Translations under genes and position numbers: made by a program
The notes under the pieces: model-generated
What the model was told of the DNA's origin: nothing
Database searches by the model: none
The model's input: only the letters and a program-made list of their open reading frames with translations
Part shown: in pieces, positions 9,792-19,100 of the stretch
How positions within the stretch are numbered: the first letter of the stretch is position 1
Layout: each line of letters begins with the position of its first letter
DNA from: a bacterium
Lineage (GTDB): Bacteria > Bacteroidota > Ignavibacteria > UBA10030
Assembly (NCBI GenBank): GCA_043803945.1
Contig: JAZDJN010000110.1
Location: 1 to 27,891, forward strand
Direction of reading: 5' to 3'
DNA: 27,891 nucleotides

Positions 9792-10938
9792 ATTCCTGTC
9801 TGTCCTTTTCGATGAGTTGCTTTAATTCTTCGACGCTTGGCAATTGCACCAAATATTTACTCACAAATACTTCCATTGGTAATCCAGCCGTTGCATACTC
9901 AACAAGCGAATCGTTCTTGTTTGCACAGAGGATGATTCCCACCGGAGGATTATCTCCTTCTGTCATTTCGTTTTTCTTGTAATAGTTTAGATACAAATTC
10001 ATTTGACCTGCATCTGCATGGTCAAATGCTCCGATTTTTAAATCCACAAGAACATGGCACTTCAGAATGCGATGATAAAACACGAGGTCAATGAAGTAGT
10101 GGGTCGTATCGAACGTAATGCGTTTCTGTCTTGCCTCAAAACAAAATCCTCTTCCCAATTCCACTAAGAACTTTTGTAAATGAGTAATGATAGCTTGTTC
10201 AAGATCATTTTCACTGTATTCAGGTTTTTCCTCCAATTCCAGAAATTCCAACACATACGGATTTTTCACAATATCCATCGGGGCAACAACCAACATATCC
10301 TTTGCTTTTGCGATTACCGCTTCTTTATCTGTTGAAAGTCCGGTACGTTCGAACAAAAGCGTATTCATTGCTCTTTTAAGTTCCCGGACACTCCAATTGT
10401 TTTTAATTGCCTGGACTTCATAAAACGCTCTTTTTATTGGGGATTCAGCTTGAATAAGCTCGAGGAAATGCGTAAAGCTGAGACGCGAAATCAGGACTTC
10501 CGCGGGAAATGAGAGATTCGCTGTTTCATCGGTAGACTTCTTCGAGGGAGGCAATACAGCACTTTGCCCTTCGCCCAATTTGGTGTTCAGCGAATTCCAA
10601 ATCTCGCGATACTGATCTTGAAGAAAATGCAATTTGGGGGTCAGTGAACCCCAAATTTGCGGATAGCAATTATAAAATGTCCGACATGAGCGCAATGTCC
10701 GGTCATCAAGCCCTTTTACCCCTTTTTGTTTCAGCGTCGAAGCAACGTTCACCAGCAGTTTTTCCCCATACACCGCTCTGTCTTCTCCTTGCTGTTCGTA
10801 TTCTACCAGATAGCAGCCGATAAGCCAATTACGTATGGTAAGACTTTGATTGACCTGCTGAAGAGCATACCCTTTGGAGTAGGTACATGTGTTTTGTATG
10901 ATCTCGATAAGTTGATTGTATTGCATTGCCATAATCAC
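9781..10938 (-). CDS. DUF1016/YhcG-family PD-(D/E)XK nuclease-domain protein (start may be 10932 or 10926)
   Basis: NWLIGCYLVEYEQ, LSFTHFLEL, NWSVRELKR, KNPYVLEFL, ELGRGFCFEARQKRI, IDLVFYHRILKCHVLVDLK, GQMNLYLNY and NPPVGIILC. Overlaps the pglX stop and the pglZ start. Confidence 0.92.
   Translation of the reverse strand: MIMAMQYNQLIEIIQNTCTYSKGYALQQVNQSLTIRNWLIGCYLVEYEQQGEDRAVYGEKLLVNVASTLKQKGVKGLDDRTLRSCRTFYNCYPQIWGSLTPKLHFLQDQYREIWNSLNTKLGEGQSAVLPPSKKSTDETANLSFPAEVLISRLSFTHFLELIQAESPIKRAFYEVQAIKNNWSVRELKRAMNTLLFERTGLSTDKEAVIAKAKDMLVVAPMDIVKNPYVLEFLELEEKPEYSENDLEQAIITHLQKFLVELGRGFCFEARQKRITFDTTHYFIDLVFYHRILKCHVLVDLKIGAFDHADAGQMNLYLNYYKKNEMTEGDNPPVGIILCANKNDSLVEYATAGLPMEVFVSKYLVQLPSVEELKQLIEKDRQEYDV
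10577..10657. repeat. Two 27-nt imperfect palindromic units, 54 nt apart, inside the DUF1016 gene
   Basis: aatttggtgttcagcgaattccaaatc (10577-10603) and aatttgggggtcagtgaaccccaaatt (10631-10657) encode IWNSLNTKL and IWGSLTPKL. Confidence 0.7.
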
Positions 10939-13900
10939 TCTTCTTCTTTCTCCAATCCCTTGATTGGATAGAGCACTTCTTTGAACTTAATGTAATTCAC
11001 CTTTACACCATCATCGAGGTCAATTTCTATTTTCTTCGCTGCCACTTCATACAATGTCTTCTCGTATGCTTTCAATTCCTTCAACATTAATTCTATATCA
11101 GCGATCTTTTTATCTGCCTGTGTCCGTTCACGTGGGCTGGCGTTTTCACTTATTTTGATTTTAGAGAATGATTGCCTGTTCGCTTCCAGTTTACCGATAA
11201 AAGCGCGAAGATAATCGTTGAGGATCTTTGAAACTATATCTGGGCGGTAGCGGTGCATATAGATGAGAACATTGAATGTTCGTTTGGGTGAGCTGAACAT
11301 CCAATAGATCGGCCGCTTTTTGTAGCGCTTCACATGGTCGTTGTAAAAGTCTTTGACAAAGTATTTGCGGATATCTTTGCCGATGGCATCTTCGATGAAT
11401 TTCAGATTCTCATCGTAATGTTCGGTGCCGAATGTGACTTTAAGAAATTCCTTAAACCGACCAACGATATCGTCTGTAAAATATTCATCTTCAAGTATTG
11501 GGATGATGTTATCTTCATCTGGCATAAACGTCGGTTTAGGGATTTGTTTCAAATAGTCTTGAAGAGTTTCACCTTGATTCGCGAGAATGATGCCAGGCTT
11601 ATCGAGCGAATAGCGACCGAGCATACATCCGACAGCGTAGGAGAAGAATTCTTTCATCGTATCTGCGAGTAACAAGTCCTCTAACTCCTGCTCGGTTTTG
11701 TCGCCACCATAGCGGTAGTACGGGTTGCAGGTAAGGGTGATTTCGGGAAGCGGGACATCTGGTGAAAGCTCATCCTGCAGGCCATAGGCATCTATATAGA
11801 AACGATTGTTCTCCTTTTCTAATCGCTGCATCTCCAATGTCATCTCTTTGCAATTGGCACGAAGTTTAGTATAAGCTGCATTCAGAGTGTATTGATGTTG
11901 AGCAGGATCTAAAATCGAAAGGTGAGCAAATTCCCAAGAGGTTTCGTAAGAGTTCCAGTCTACCTGGGAAAGTCCAATCAACCGATCAATTGCTTTCAAC
12001 GTATTCTGTGAAGAAAAAACTCCGTATGGAATTTTTGCCAGTTCTCCGCTCGTAAAGCTCAATGTTGGACACAGAACACGTAAGAATTCATTTGCCAGAA
12101 CGGAGCAAAAGAGCCCAAGAGTATATCGAAGGCAGACATTATCTTCAGAAAATCCACACCTTCCAGTATCATCAAATAAAAAACCAACTGGACGGCAGCG
12201 AGCAGCGAATTTTCCAGAACTTATCTTTGACCAAGTTATCCCTTCTCTGAAATAATATGATTCATTTCGCACAGCAGATCTTGGTCTCCCATCTTCAAAC
12301 GAGTAATTTCTAATTTCTTGACCATTTTTCCACCAATTTACAACTATGCTATGATTCCCAAACCATTTTCTATATTCGCCACCGCTATGACATGGATACC
12401 ACTTCAAGCCATTGGTCTCTGTCTCTTCTAAAGATTTTGAACTAAGTCCAATTGAATTTTGGGCAACCTCATGCCAGATCCTCTGGAAGACCGTATTGTC
12501 ACCAGTTGACATACCCGCTTTCAATTCAATAATGCCACCTATTGGTTCATTATTAGAGAAACACTCCAAGAATTTTTCACTCACCCAATAAGCAATCGGA
12601 CTGCCAGGTATCTTCACGAACTTGGAAGAGGAGGTACGATAAAACCAACCGCACTTATGATTTCTTATCGCTTCCAATGCTTTCGGAGCTTGAATATCAG
12701 CTCCACGAAAATCAGAAAGTCGGACATACCCCCCCTTGAATCGTGGGTCATGTGAGTTCTGGATGGTGAATGTACAAATGGGGACAGTAGCACCTTCAAA
12801 ACCAGAATACTCAAGTTGGATGAGTGATGTGATGGTTTTTTTTTCAATCAAGAAGTTCCGCAATTCTTCATAAGATGAAATAAACATCCACACGAAGGGT
12901 GTCATAAACCCCAATTGACCTTTATCCATGGCAAGCTCAGTGTTCCTAACAACAAAGGCGGAGAATACGTCTGACTTCACATCAGGATATTTCTCTTGCA
13001 AGAATGATTTGAGTCTATCATTCATCCCCTTACCACCCATGTAAGGGGGATTTGTCACAACAACGTGGTATCGTTTGCTTAAGTATTCTGCCTGCCGGAG
13101 CGCTTTGAGAACGCCTTCAGTCAAGGCACTAAGAAACGCCTCTTGTATATGAGTCTCGTGTAGGGTGATTGCTTCTGCACTTGCCTCTTTCAATTGCACA
13201 GGAGAAAGGCGGGGCTGAACAAGAGAGCCAAAATTATCTGCTTCAGCGAACAAGTTAAGATCGTGTAGAAGGTCATCGCGGCGAATTCCGCCTTTGCATA
13301 ATTCGTCCAGAATCTTCTCCCATCCTTTATCTTCCCACTTCACATTACTGAACAAATCGTTCTTTGAACTTTTTGGATCTCTGGCCGTTGTGAAGTCGAT
13401 CTTCTCTAACACACAAATATTTGGCTGTATTGGCTTTTTGAAGAACCGGCTATACTTTTCTCTGGCAACCATTGTCAAAGCAAATGCTGACAATTCTCCG
13501 GCGCGTTCATCTATCTCGATACCAAACAAGTTTTTCGTCAGAATCTTGTTCGGTATCTCTGTCGGTTCGTATCCCTCTTCTTCGTAGATCAGATACAGCA
13601 ATTCAAAGGCATACACCAACATGTGTGCTGATCCACAGGCGGGGTCACAGAGTTTAATCTCTTCGGGTGAAGAAATGCGTAGGAAATCAGGGGTGAGGGT
13701 ACAGGGATTAGGAGTTAGGGATGAGGAGATAGTTTTTGTCTGAGTGATGAGAGCATTTTGGAGATCTCGGTCAGCAGGGAGAGAATCTGCGCGGATTGTT
13801 CCAGGCTTAAGTACCCCAGCCGTTGCGCAATCATGATTTGCGTTTCCGCTTCCGCTTTGGATCCCTGGGCGATCGAAATGAAGTTCCTGAACTCCGCCGT

Positions 13901-14933
13901 CGATTTCCTTGAATGGCCCTCCGCTATGTTCGATGGAATCGACACCACCGCCCGCCGGAGCTGGCTGGTCAAACCATACAGTTCCTCCTTCGGAAATAGC
14001 TTGGTTGCCCGATAGACCATCTCCACCAATTCCATCGCCTTCTGCCACACGACCAAGTCCTGATAGCTTTTCACTTCCTGCATCTTCAACTCCTTTCTTT
14101 TCTCTAACCACTACGCCCTCGCCCCTATCCCCTACATAAAACTGCATCTTATCAATCAGCTTGGAATTCGGACGGTTCAGCATCCAGAGTCTGCCAAGGG
14201 AATTCTCTACGAGATAGCGCACAATCCAATTCGGTGTAAATAATTGTGTTGCAGCAGGAATGTCCTCTGGCGTTATCTTCTTGTTCTTTGCCAGTCCTTC
14301 GAACACTTCATCCTTCTTTTCTGAAATGTAGAACTGATACATCCAGCCGATAATTTCTACCTGTTTACAATCTTCATCACTCATTCCATCTCGAATATCG
14401 GTGACGATAGAATACTCGCTCAAAAGATCATCGGGGAGAAGCAACTCGGTATAATCAGCAATCCGCTCAAACATAAAGGGCATCGTAGTGTGCCATGCAT
14501 TGCAGGATGCCACAAGGAGTATTTTATATGCTTCGGTCTGCGCATCAGCAACAGAAGTACGACTATCCAGCAGATCATTCAGACGCTTTCGGTCTAATGT
14601 GAGCACGTCATCTATATGCCCTGCTTTAGCCTCCTGCAGTAGCTCCGGTATTGTGCTGCCTGCTGCAGGTGTCACAATCTTCGGAACAGTGTAACCATTG
14701 GCATCCATAAACCGGAATGCCATCAAACGGTTAAACCACGTGTAAGCAACACGCTCGATTACTTGTTCTTTGCCATATTTCGCAATTTCCAGCTTCAGCT
14801 TGTTCACCTGCTCTCGTTTACCACGCAGTTCGGCGGTATCGTGCGACAGCACATACTCCAGCTTCCTGCCGACCAGATCGAGCAGTTTTACACGGGCTTC
14901 GCGAGCGAACTTCTTGAGTGTGTTGGTATTCAT
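10935..14933 (-). CDS. pglX: BREX-1 adenine methyltransferase PglX with a 148-codon in-frame insertion
   Basis: Likely start MNTNTLKKFAREAR (ATG 14933, AGGA upstream). Motifs VAYTWFNRL, IPAATQLFTPNWIVRYLVENSLGRLW, motif I DPACGSAH, motif IV TNPPYMG, YKKRPIYW and IDLDDGVKVNY. A foreign segment lies at 13689-14132. Confidence 0.95.
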   Translation of the reverse strand: MNTNTLKKFAREARVKLLDLVGRKLEYVLSHDTAELRGKREQVNKLKLEIAKYGKEQVIERVAYTWFNRLMAFRFMDANGYTVPKIVTPAAGSTIPELLQEAKAGHIDDVLTLDRKRLNDLLDSRTSVADAQTEAYKILLVASCNAWHTTMPFMFERIADYTELLLPDDLLSEYSIVTDIRDGMSDEDCKQVEIIGWMYQFYISEKKDEVFEGLAKNKKITPEDIPAATQLFTPNWIVRYLVENSLGRLWMLNRPNSKLIDKMQFYVGDRGEGVVVREKKGVEDAGSEKLSGLGRVAEGDGIGGDGLSGNQAISEGGTVWFDQPAPAGGGVDSIEHSGGPFKEIDGGVQELHFDRPGIQSGSGNANHDCATAGVLKPGTIRADSLPADRDLQNALITQTKTISSSLTPNPCTLTPDFLRISSPEEIKLCDPACGSAHMLVYAFELLYLIYEEEGYEPTEIPNKILTKNLFGIEIDERAGELSAFALTMVAREKYSRFFKKPIQPNICVLEKIDFTTARDPKSSKNDLFSNVKWEDKGWEKILDELCKGGIRRDDLLHDLNLFAEADNFGSLVQPRLSPVQLKEASAEAITLHETHIQEAFLSALTEGVLKALRQAEYLSKRYHVVVTNPPYMGGKGMNDRLKSFLQEKYPDVKSDVFSAFVVRNTELAMDKGQLGFMTPFVWMFISSYEELRNFLIEKKTITSLIQLEYSGFEGATVPICTFTIQNSHDPRFKGGYVRLSDFRGADIQAPKALEAIRNHKCGWFYRTSSSKFVKIPGSPIAYWVSEKFLECFSNNEPIGGIIELKAGMSTGDNTVFQRIWHEVAQNSIGLSSKSLEETETNGLKWYPCHSGGEYRKWFGNHSIVVNWWKNGQEIRNYSFEDGRPRSAVRNESYYFREGITWSKISSGKFAARCRPVGFLFDDTGRCGFSEDNVCLRYTLGLFCSVLANEFLRVLCPTLSFTSGELAKIPYGVFSSQNTLKAIDRLIGLSQVDWNSYETSWEFAHLSILDPAQHQYTLNAAYTKLRANCKEMTLEMQRLEKENNRFYIDAYGLQDELSPDVPLPEITLTCNPYYRYGGDKTEQELEDLLLADTMKEFFSYAVGCMLGRYSLDKPGIILANQGETLQDYLKQIPKPTFMPDEDNIIPILEDEYFTDDIVGRFKEFLKVTFGTEHYDENLKFIEDAIGKDIRKYFVKDFYNDHVKRYKKRPIYWMFSSPKRTFNVLIYMHRYRPDIVSKILNDYLRAFIGKLEANRQSFSKIKISENASPRERTQADKKIADIELMLKELKAYEKTLYEVAAKKIEIDLDDGVKVNYIKFKEVLYPIKGLEKEEE
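13687..13728. repeat. 3' arm (mRNA sense) of heptamer repeats flanking the nested gene
   Basis: Six imperfect 7-mers on the + strand: tcagggg tgagggt acaggga ttaggag ttaggga tgaggag. Confidence 0.8.
13715..14083 (-). CDS. Four helix bundle protein (23S rRNA IVP / Avd-like family), nested out of frame within pglX
   Basis: MQEVKSYQDLVVWQKAMELVEMVYRATKLFPKEELYGLTSQLRRAVVSIPSNIAEG...EFRNFISIAQGSKAEAETQ carries the family signatures FPxxExYGLTSQxRRA and SIPSNIAEG. RBS AAGGAG (14090-14095) is 6 nt before the ATG, and the TAA is at 13715-13717. Confidence 0.93.
   Translation of the reverse strand: MQEVKSYQDLVVWQKAMELVEMVYRATKLFPKEELYGLTSQLRRAVVSIPSNIAEGHSRKSTAEFRNFISIAQGSKAEAETQIMIAQRLGYLSLEQSAQILSLLTEISKMLSSLRQKLSPHP
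14101..14135. repeat. 5' arm (mRNA sense) of heptamer repeats, inverted relative to 13687-13728
   Basis: Five imperfect 7-mers on the - strand: gtagggg atagggg cgagggc gtagtgg ttagaga. Confidence 0.8.
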
Positions 14934-14957
14934 TGTTCCTGGTTCTGTGGAATATGC

Positions 14958-15052
14958 ACATGTCCACGCCTTGGACCTATATTCATAACGTGTCCAAACA
15001 GGTGACAAATATGGACACGTGTGTTGGAACGTGTCCATGATGTGGACACGTT
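14958..15052. repeat. Cluster of three REP-like hairpins between fic and pglX
   Basis: acatgtcca..tggacctat (14958-14980, imperfect), acgtgtcca..tggacacgt (14988-15020, 9 bp) and aacgtgtcca..tggacacgtt (15028-15052, 10 bp, overlapping the fic stop). Confidence 0.85.
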
Positions 15053-16139
15053 ATTTTGTGAGCAAAGCATAGAGTTTTTTGTTCAAATAGAGATTTTCCT
15101 TGCCCACTTTTTGTTTTTTAAGAATACCAGCTTCTTCTAATGCTTTCAGATACACCGCAGCAGTTTTACGCTCTGCAAGACCGGCATCGACAAGGAATTG
15201 CCCTTTTGTATAGGGCTGCTGGAAAATCAATTCGATCAATTCTTTTGAATAGACTTTTGCAGGAAGTGTTTTCTTTGCCGATTCGAGTGTCTCCTGCAAC
15301 AGTGATCGGATATTCACAATACGCTTCGAGGTCATCGCAGCAGTCGATTCAACTGCATCAAGCATGAACAAGACCCAAGGCTCCCAGCTATTCTTCTCCG
15401 TTACTGCACGCAGTAATCGGTAGTAATCACCTTTATGTTCAATAATATATTTGCTCAGATATAACACAGGAAGGGTGAGAAGACCTTCTTTTACAAGGAA
15501 GAGAATGTTGATAATTCTTCCAGTCCTGCCATTTCCATCAAAGAAAGGATGAATTGCTTCGAACTGATAATGAATCAGGGCAAGCTTCACGAGAGGGTCA
15601 AATTGATTCTCCGAGTGAATGAAGATTTCCATGTCTTTCAGTTTTTGTCGAATCAATGCTTCTCCCTCGGGTGGCGTATAAATTACTTTTCCTGTATGTT
15701 TGTCTCCGACTGCAGTCCCGGGTAAGTTACGAATGCCCGCACTGTTTTCTTTTATTGTCTGGACCAGCGAAACGAAAAGATTCGTCGTCAAGAGAGGTTT
15801 CTTCTTTAACGTATTGAATCCCGTCCACAATGCCTCTCTGTACCGGAGTACTTCTTTTGTCGTTGGATCGATATTGGTCGTATCAGCCGTGATCGCCCGA
15901 AATAGTGCATCATGAGTGGTGATTATATTTTCTATCTCAGAACTTGCTTGTGCTTCCTGAAGAACGACAGTATTAACAAGCATCGATTGATTTGGGATTG
16001 TTTCACCCAATCCCTTAAGTTCTGCGAGGGATCTCCCAGCGGAGATAGCTTTTTTCAATACTGCATTTGTTTCTATTTCGTTCTTTGGGGGCAGAGATGG
16101 CAAGTCATTGTATGGTATAAGTGGATTAAAGATTGTCAT
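15051..16139 (-). CDS. Fic family protein (class II-type AMPylase with N-terminal inhibitory helix and C-terminal wHTH-like region)
   Basis: Catalytic motif HPFFDGNGRTGR and inhibitory motif SSEIEN. Lies between brxC and pglX. Confidence 0.93.
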   Translation of the reverse strand: MTIFNPLIPYNDLPSLPPKNEIETNAVLKKAISAGRSLAELKGLGETIPNQSMLVNTVVLQEAQASSEIENIITTHDALFRAITADTTNIDPTTKEVLRYREALWTGFNTLKKKPLLTTNLFVSLVQTIKENSAGIRNLPGTAVGDKHTGKVIYTPPEGEALIRQKLKDMEIFIHSENQFDPLVKLALIHYQFEAIHPFFDGNGRTGRIINILFLVKEGLLTLPVLYLSKYIIEHKGDYYRLLRAVTEKNSWEPWVLFMLDAVESTAAMTSKRIVNIRSLLQETLESAKKTLPAKVYSKELIELIFQQPYTKGQFLVDAGLAERKTAAVYLKALEEAGILKKQKVGKENLYLNKKLYALLTK

Positions 16140-16152
16140 GCAAGTTCTTTCT

Positions 16153-19100
16153 CTATAGGGAAATTCGTTTATCCTCTTTAATCAATTTAAGATATGCTTC
16201 TTTCAAGGCTTGCACATACTCTTCAACATCCCGTTCTGTTTCCAACGACGGTTTTGCAAACTTCACTTTTACAGAATCTTTGCGAACGTACGCCACCTTC
16301 GTATACTGAACACCAGTTCCTGTTTGTGTTGCACCGGTCGAAGCAGGCACTGCTAAGCGCATCATCAGATCAATTTGTCTGTGGTACAGATCGTCTTGAG
16401 CAAAACTCTTCTTTGCACGCAGATTACCGATGAATCGTTCGTGATTGACTTCCTCGATAGACTCAATAAACGGTTGCAGCACTTCTGCCTGTTGAGATGG
16501 GGATAGCTTCTTGAACTCTTCATACGACTTCAACTTCTCTATCGTCTCTTTAACTATCTGAACGCTTTCAATTCGCTCTTTGTCAATCTTTGTTTTCACT
16601 TCACCACGCAGGGTATCAAGTGCTTGCTTGCCAGTCTGGATTAGATTGCCTTTGTAAGGAACAATACTCTCTTTCACAGCAGTCAACGGCTCTATTCCAG
16701 CCTTATCGATATAGTTGAAATTCGCATTCTCGCTATCCAGGTAGGATAGAATGTTTTCGTAGATATCCTTTTGCGGTCCCTTCATGAATTTCTTGATACC
16801 GTCGATAATGCTTTCCTTGTCAACTAACAATTCTTCACCGAATTGATCGAGAGCATTGAAGAAATAGGGATGTTCTTTCTCGCTAACCAATCTTAATCTA
16901 TTCAACGCCTCGCCGAGCGAATTGAGAAACGCATAACGTTCGCGCTGTGAGTATATATCCGCGACATCACCGACCTCGACCGTAATGCGCTGTTTAAAAT
17001 ATTTCGATACTTCCTTTGGTTCATTCCCCAGATTCGCTTCGTTGAAGTATTCCTGATGGAAGTCCTTCAGTTTCTTCAGTTTCGAGGTACTGATATCTTC
17101 TTCCACATCGATGATCGTATTTGGATATTCACGATTGCTCTGCAATGCTTCCAGCACTGCCCTGTCATTGAGCGTATTGCCATCCAATTTTAGACTGACC
17201 TTGTTCCGTTTATAGAGCTTTGCAATGAGGCACAGAACCGCCATCTGGTACCAACCATATGGTCTCGCAGCAAATGTCTCTATAAGCACCTTGATCGTCG
17301 TCCGTTCATGATTCGCCTTATTGCGTGTGATTCTATTTAAGACTTCCAGTTCCACTTCAGACAGCGTGTCTTTAAATAACACGTCGTCCTGGCTCCAGAT
17401 GATTTTCTTTATATGATCTTCCGTGAACTCAACAGTCAGCATTTTCAGATTTGTGTAGGTCGTCCTTATCAATTGCTGAACGCCTGCATGTATCTTTATC
17501 CGAGGATCCTTGGAAGAGATGTCAACTACCTCAGAGCCATTGAGATACATCTTAGCATCGCCGATAAGATCTTTCAGCCGTCCCATCACATTTCGTTTTC
17601 TTATTGTGTTGTATTCTTTCTTCTCTGTCAGTATGTTTATCTTTGACGGATCAAGATTTTGGGAATAGGTCGTTTGGTAATATTTCTCAGTCTTTATGAC
17701 AAGTCTTAATTCATCAAACAAACGTGGATCTTGGGGAAGATGAACAACAAGGTCGGTATTTCCGAATGATTTAAGAGAAACGTTTGCAGTTGCGATTTCG
17801 TTTTGATTTAGCGGCGTAATGAAATTCACATAGAAATCGCGTTCTTTACTGACAATGTTATCATCAATTTTTCTGCCGTACTCATAAATTTGATTATTGG
17901 AATCGAGTTTTACTTTGCTGTCACGAAGTATTTCCGTAAATATCATTTCGGAAAGGAGATTGCCCGGTGCTTTTGGATCAATATCCGTGCTTTTTATTTC
18001 GTTCTCTACATCCTTCTCTTGATTCGTTAAATACTCGTACGTATCGCCAACCCTTTGGATAAATGTCTGAGTCTCCAATAGATTGAGCGCTTCCTGAATA
18101 CTCTTTTGGAAGGAAACGAGATCAACTTCGAATGACGGGAAGAGCAGAATAGCAATATTGTTCAGAGAAGCCTTGAATTCTTTTATATACTTCACAAGGA
18201 ACAATGCCTTCAAAACTTCGACAGCTAAGGGATTAGTGATGTTTCGTTCGCCCTCCAGGACATCCGTCTGAATATTACTTTGAAGAATATCTCGAATACC
18301 ATCGAACATCTGAGCGTAATGCACGATCTCGCTCATATCCTTTTGTGCGTTTTGTTTTGCCACCTGCTGGAAGACCCCGAGCATCGATCTCTCACCCACA
18401 GATTGGTGTTTCCCCATAAACGCATTATGAACAGACAATGCTTTTATCGAGGCTTGAAAAAGTTCAAATTGATATGGTATGAAAGGATATGTCAATTGGA
18501 AATGTTCTTCATTTTTGTAGACACCATACTGTCTTGAATTATCGCCGAATTCAAAGAGTGTCCTGAAGTTGTTTTTTTCTTTTTCAAATATACCAGACAA
18601 CAGCTTTGCAGATGGTTCATTCTTTGCAAGTAATCGCTTTTGTATTACTTCATCAGCATTGGAGCTTGTAAGAGGCAGCTTGATCGAGAACCGTGCTTGA
18701 ATACGGGAGAAGTCGTGCGCTTGTTGTTTTGCCAATTCACCAATGGTGGCATTCAGGTCATTCTGCGATGTAACGATCATGAATGCCTGGCCTTTACACG
18801 AACTTGATAATGTCTCTGCTAACGTTTGGAGACTCAGCATCAAACGAACATCTTCTGCAATAAATTGTCCCACTTCATCCACACAGAAAATAAGCCTGAA
18901 TCCAGCCGGTTGTTTCGCAATAAAGCTTTTCACCAGAGTTACAAAACCTGCAATATCCAATTTATAACTATTGCGTAAATCGTTGAAATTCTTCTTCGCT
19001 TCTTCCTCGGTTATTTTGTTGAGTTCCGCGAATGCCTTTGCGAATTCACTTTGATTAAGCAGAATGTGTCTTCGCCCCGTGTACCACTCTTTCTTGTTTA

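Noticed and set aside
13618-13650. PglX motif I reads GSAH rather than GSGH
   Set aside because: It is a conservative change with NPPY intact, which is not enough to call the enzyme inactive without an alignment.
13715-14083. Avd-like gene as evidence of a diversity-generating retroelement, or the insert as an intein or group I/II intron
   Set aside because: No reverse transcriptase or TR/VR pair is seen. There are no intein C/S...HN motifs, and nearly the whole insert is the nested ORF, leaving no room for a ribozyme core.
14934-15038. 35-aa N-terminal extension of PglX in the ORF track
   Set aside because: It is a translation of the hairpin array. The PglX-like start with an RBS is at 14933.
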